From assembly GCA_964356795.1 (NCBI GenBank), contig CAYHIK010000007.1, positions 1-56,630 of the forward strand: DNA of 56,630 nucleotides. Reading direction: 5' to 3'. Made by a program: the position numbers and the translations under genes. The DNA comes from an uncultured Candidatus Saccharibacteria bacterium (lineage in GTDB: Bacteria; Patescibacteriota; Minisyncoccia; 2-02-FULL-40-12; GWA2-44-9). Within the stretch, counting starts at the first letter, position 1; the number at the start of each line of letters is the position of its first letter. The notes beneath the pieces were generated by a model. It was not told the origin of the DNA and made no database searches. It worked only from the letters and a program-made list of their open reading frames with translations. Positions 54,490 through 56,630 of the stretch are shown one piece after another.

Positions 54490-54801
54490 CTAGTCGTCCT
54501 TCGACGACTTCCGGGTAGCCGTGTACGATTCACCGCCCGTACCGCTGACTGCGAGAATCCATGCTCCCACGCAGAGCCCGGGGTTGGTGTCCCAGTAGAA
54601 GGTGGACGCGAGGATTGCAATGACCAGGTACGGGGCAAACATCCATCCAATCCATGCGAGGATGCCCCACGGGGATGCGAACTTCATGAACTCGAGCGCG
54701 GTGCCCGCGACGAGCATCGTGATTCGGGGGAAGAACACGAGTCCGATGAGGAACGCCCATCCGTGGACTTGCCAGAAATCTACGCCAGTTGCTTCGAGCA
54801 C
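54490..54801 (-). CDS. Hypothetical membrane protein
   Basis: TTGACA-17-TATAAA promoter (54823-54851), GAGGTG SD, terminator GCCGGCGA/TCGCCGGC. Confidence 0.75.
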   Translation of the reverse strand: MLEATGVDFWQVHGWAFLIGLVFFPRITMLVAGTALEFMKFASPWGILAWIGWMFAPYLVIAILASTFYWDTNPGLCVGAWILAVSGTGGESYTATRKSSKDD

Positions 54802-55081
54802 GCTCAGTCACCTCTGGATGCATTTATAGCTTAAATTTACAAAATTGTCAATAATCCACTGCGCACTCTCATCTCACCGAATCGTGCGGGATAGATTGTC
54901 GACATCCCACATCAGCAGTATGCGCGCTCGTTCAGGGTGCGTAACGTCGCCATCGCTGTTCGCTCGGCTTTGGTACAGCAACTGAACATTACGCGCATAC
55001 CGCTGATTCTTGTCGTCGGTTTCATTTTGCTCGAATCGAGGCGGGTGACTTATTGTGGCGAGATGTGCTAGATTGATGTGT

Positions 55082-55795
55082 ATGACCGGTGAACATATCC
55101 CAGACGTTCAGCCCGAGAAGATGTCAGAGCCACCACTGACGCGCTTTCCGGTTTTTCACCTCGATGGACAATATCACTACGATACCCCGTCCGAGCTCTT
55201 CAGGGAGGATCAGATTGCGCATTATGAGTATCGCGTTCATTCCCCTGGTCGCGTGGAAGTTCTGAATCGGTTTGGGCTCCTCAAGACCATTCGTGGCTTG
55301 CATTTTGAATTTAAACTTGGCCAGAGACCGTATGAGGGGTATAGCTTGATTTTTAAGACGAGAGAGTACGAATTTGCAACAACCAACTTGGGCGCTGATG
55401 CGTATGATGAAATAGGGTTTACCCTTGCGGCTTTTATTGAAAGCGTTGCAGCGTTGCCCGAATATAATATGAAGGAGATTCTCGTCGAACCTGCAGACTC
55501 CTCGTATACGATTGAAGAGATGCGTCAGTGCTTAGAACAAATACTCGCATCACCCAGAAATGAATCGACACGCGAAGAGCTTACGGAGCGCTATAAGGGC
55601 TCTGAGATTTTTGATCATTATGAATCACTTTTTGGAAAACAATTCTTGAAACAGCACTACAATTCAAAGAGTCGGGCATCAGGACGCGCTCGTTTATTTA
55701 TGCGCGAGGCAAAGAGGTACCTCCCAAACTGGAGCGTGGAGACGGACTTCGATATCGGGGGTAAGGGCTTTCGACTAAAGCGAAAGGAGCCTTAG
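55082..55795 (+). CDS. Hypothetical soluble protein
   Basis: Long clean ORF; no family recognised. Confidence 0.7.
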   Translation: MTGEHIPDVQPEKMSEPPLTRFPVFHLDGQYHYDTPSELFREDQIAHYEYRVHSPGRVEVLNRFGLLKTIRGLHFEFKLGQRPYEGYSLIFKTREYEFATTNLGADAYDEIGFTLAAFIESVAALPEYNMKEILVEPADSSYTIEEMRQCLEQILASPRNESTREELTERYKGSEIFDHYESLFGKQFLKQHYNSKSRASGRARLFMREAKRYLPNWSVETDFDIGGKGFRLKRKEP

Positions 55796-55913
55796 TCTAC
55801 CTCATCATTTTTTCGGCTCTCATCTCGGCGGATTGTAGGGCCTACAGCATAGATTATCGACCTCATGCATCAGCGGTTTCGCTTTGCTCGGGTTGAGTAA
55901 GATAGAATCCGAA

Positions 55914-55988
55914 ACCCCGACGAGGTCCGAGCGATTATCTTGAGCGAGAGGCCAGAGGCCGTGCATGAGGAGGGCTGGGGAGGTAGGA
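55914..55988 (+). repeat. Dispersed repeat family C copy 2, with (AGAGGCC)2
   Basis: Matches 44246-44333; followed by GTCCCGCC-AAA-GGCGGGAC palindrome. Confidence 0.9.
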
Positions 55989-56060
55989 ACGAACAGTCCC
56001 GCCAAAGGCGGGACGTCGTGAGTGACACAGGAAGGGGTCAAGCCAGAGGCGCAGACCCGC

Positions 56061-56243
56061 TCATGACTTTGCGATTGTCTTGATGCAGTCGGTGCAGAGC
56101 TTGATGCGCTTGCCATCGACTTTCGCCCACTGGAGATTGGGCTTCTTGCGGGTCTTTCCCGTGGGGTTATAGTGACCGCGCAAAAGCACGCGGCTGGTAA
56201 CCATGCGGGAACCTTTATGACATCGTGGGCATTTGACGGCCAT
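56061..56243 (-). CDS. rpmB: Ribosomal protein bL28 (Zn-binding form)
   Basis: CPRC..K.RKKPNLQ..CTDCIKT. Confidence 0.9.
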   Translation of the reverse strand: MAVKCPRCHKGSRMVTSRVLLRGHYNPTGKTRKKPNLQWAKVDGKRIKLCTDCIKTIAKS

Positions 56244-56310
56244 GAGTGTGTTCAGTGAGTGAAATACAGCTTGGACATAATATACGAAAACTGATATTTT
56301 GGCAATACCC

Positions 56311-56625
56311 ATGACAGATACGATTTGGTTCCAGGTGTTTCAGATTGTGGTCCTCATCTATTCTGTGGTGCTCCACGAGCTCGCGCATGGCCTTATGGCG
56401 CGCTCAATGGGAGATACCACAGCTGAGCGTGAGGGGCGCCTTACATTGAATCCTATCCCGCACCTTGATTTATTTGGGTCTATTTTGCTCCCACTCATGA
56501 CGCGCGCATTCGGGGGATTCATGTTTGGGTACGCAAAGCCTGTGCCCTACAACCCAGACGCACTCGATGATCCGGCATGGGGCCCCGCAAAGGTTGGTAT
56601 GGCTGTACCACTTGCGAAAATTTAG
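56311..56625 (+). CDS. Site-2 protease (M50) family, N-terminal part at window edge
   Basis: HELAHG, GDTTA..GRLTLNP.PHLD, GYAKPVP. Confidence 0.85.
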   Translation: MTDTIWFQVFQIVVLIYSVVLHELAHGLMARSMGDTTAEREGRLTLNPIPHLDLFGSILLPLMTRAFGGFMFGYAKPVPYNPDALDDPAWGPAKVGMAVPLAKI

Positions 56626-56630
56626 CTAGC

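Noticed and set aside
54855-55050. Possible gene remnant between two hypothetical genes
   Set aside because: Short open frames on both strands without a start, SD or recognisable motif.
56590-56630. Early stop in the site-2 protease suggesting a pseudogene
   Set aside because: It lies in the last bases of the window, where sequence may be unreliable or the contig may end; it cannot be judged.
1-56630. Alternative genetic code (TGA as Gly)
   Set aside because: Conserved genes such as ftsA and ybeY end at TGA at the expected length, and core ORFs are uninterrupted under code 11.

Overview
This window is a chromosomal segment of a small-genome bacterium. The gene set, compact intergenic regions, unlinked rRNA and type IV pilus cluster fit Patescibacteria/Parcubacteria (CPR); that assignment is an inference. 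It opens on the 3' end of a 16S rRNA gene followed by a terminator, with no 23S gene. It carries housekeeping genes (rnhB, gap, split transketolase, rmuC, hppA, pth, pepN, lepB, rpsU, ybeY, ftsA, ftsZ, nrdJ, comEC, ndk, rpmB), three tRNAs, a type IV pilus operon and a copper-export operon. A complete diversity-generating retroelement (target with VR, TR, inverted avd, RT) sits between ftsA and ftsZ. The most striking observations are: (1) avd and RT overlap head-to-head across one G9/C9 tract, and the same single-base slip puts both genes in frame with their ATGs, a possible phase-variable master switch; (2) a promoter-bearing non-coding element at about 53.2-53.45 kb is colinearly complementary to the 16S 3' trailer, a candidate trans-acting pre-rRNA partner; (3) four families of dispersed structured repeats, two with clear covariation; (4) an array of self-contained promoter-ORF-hairpin cassettes; (5) catalytically degenerate HisRS-like and UDG-like genes. 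All alignments, counts and base pairings were done by eye and no database searches were run.
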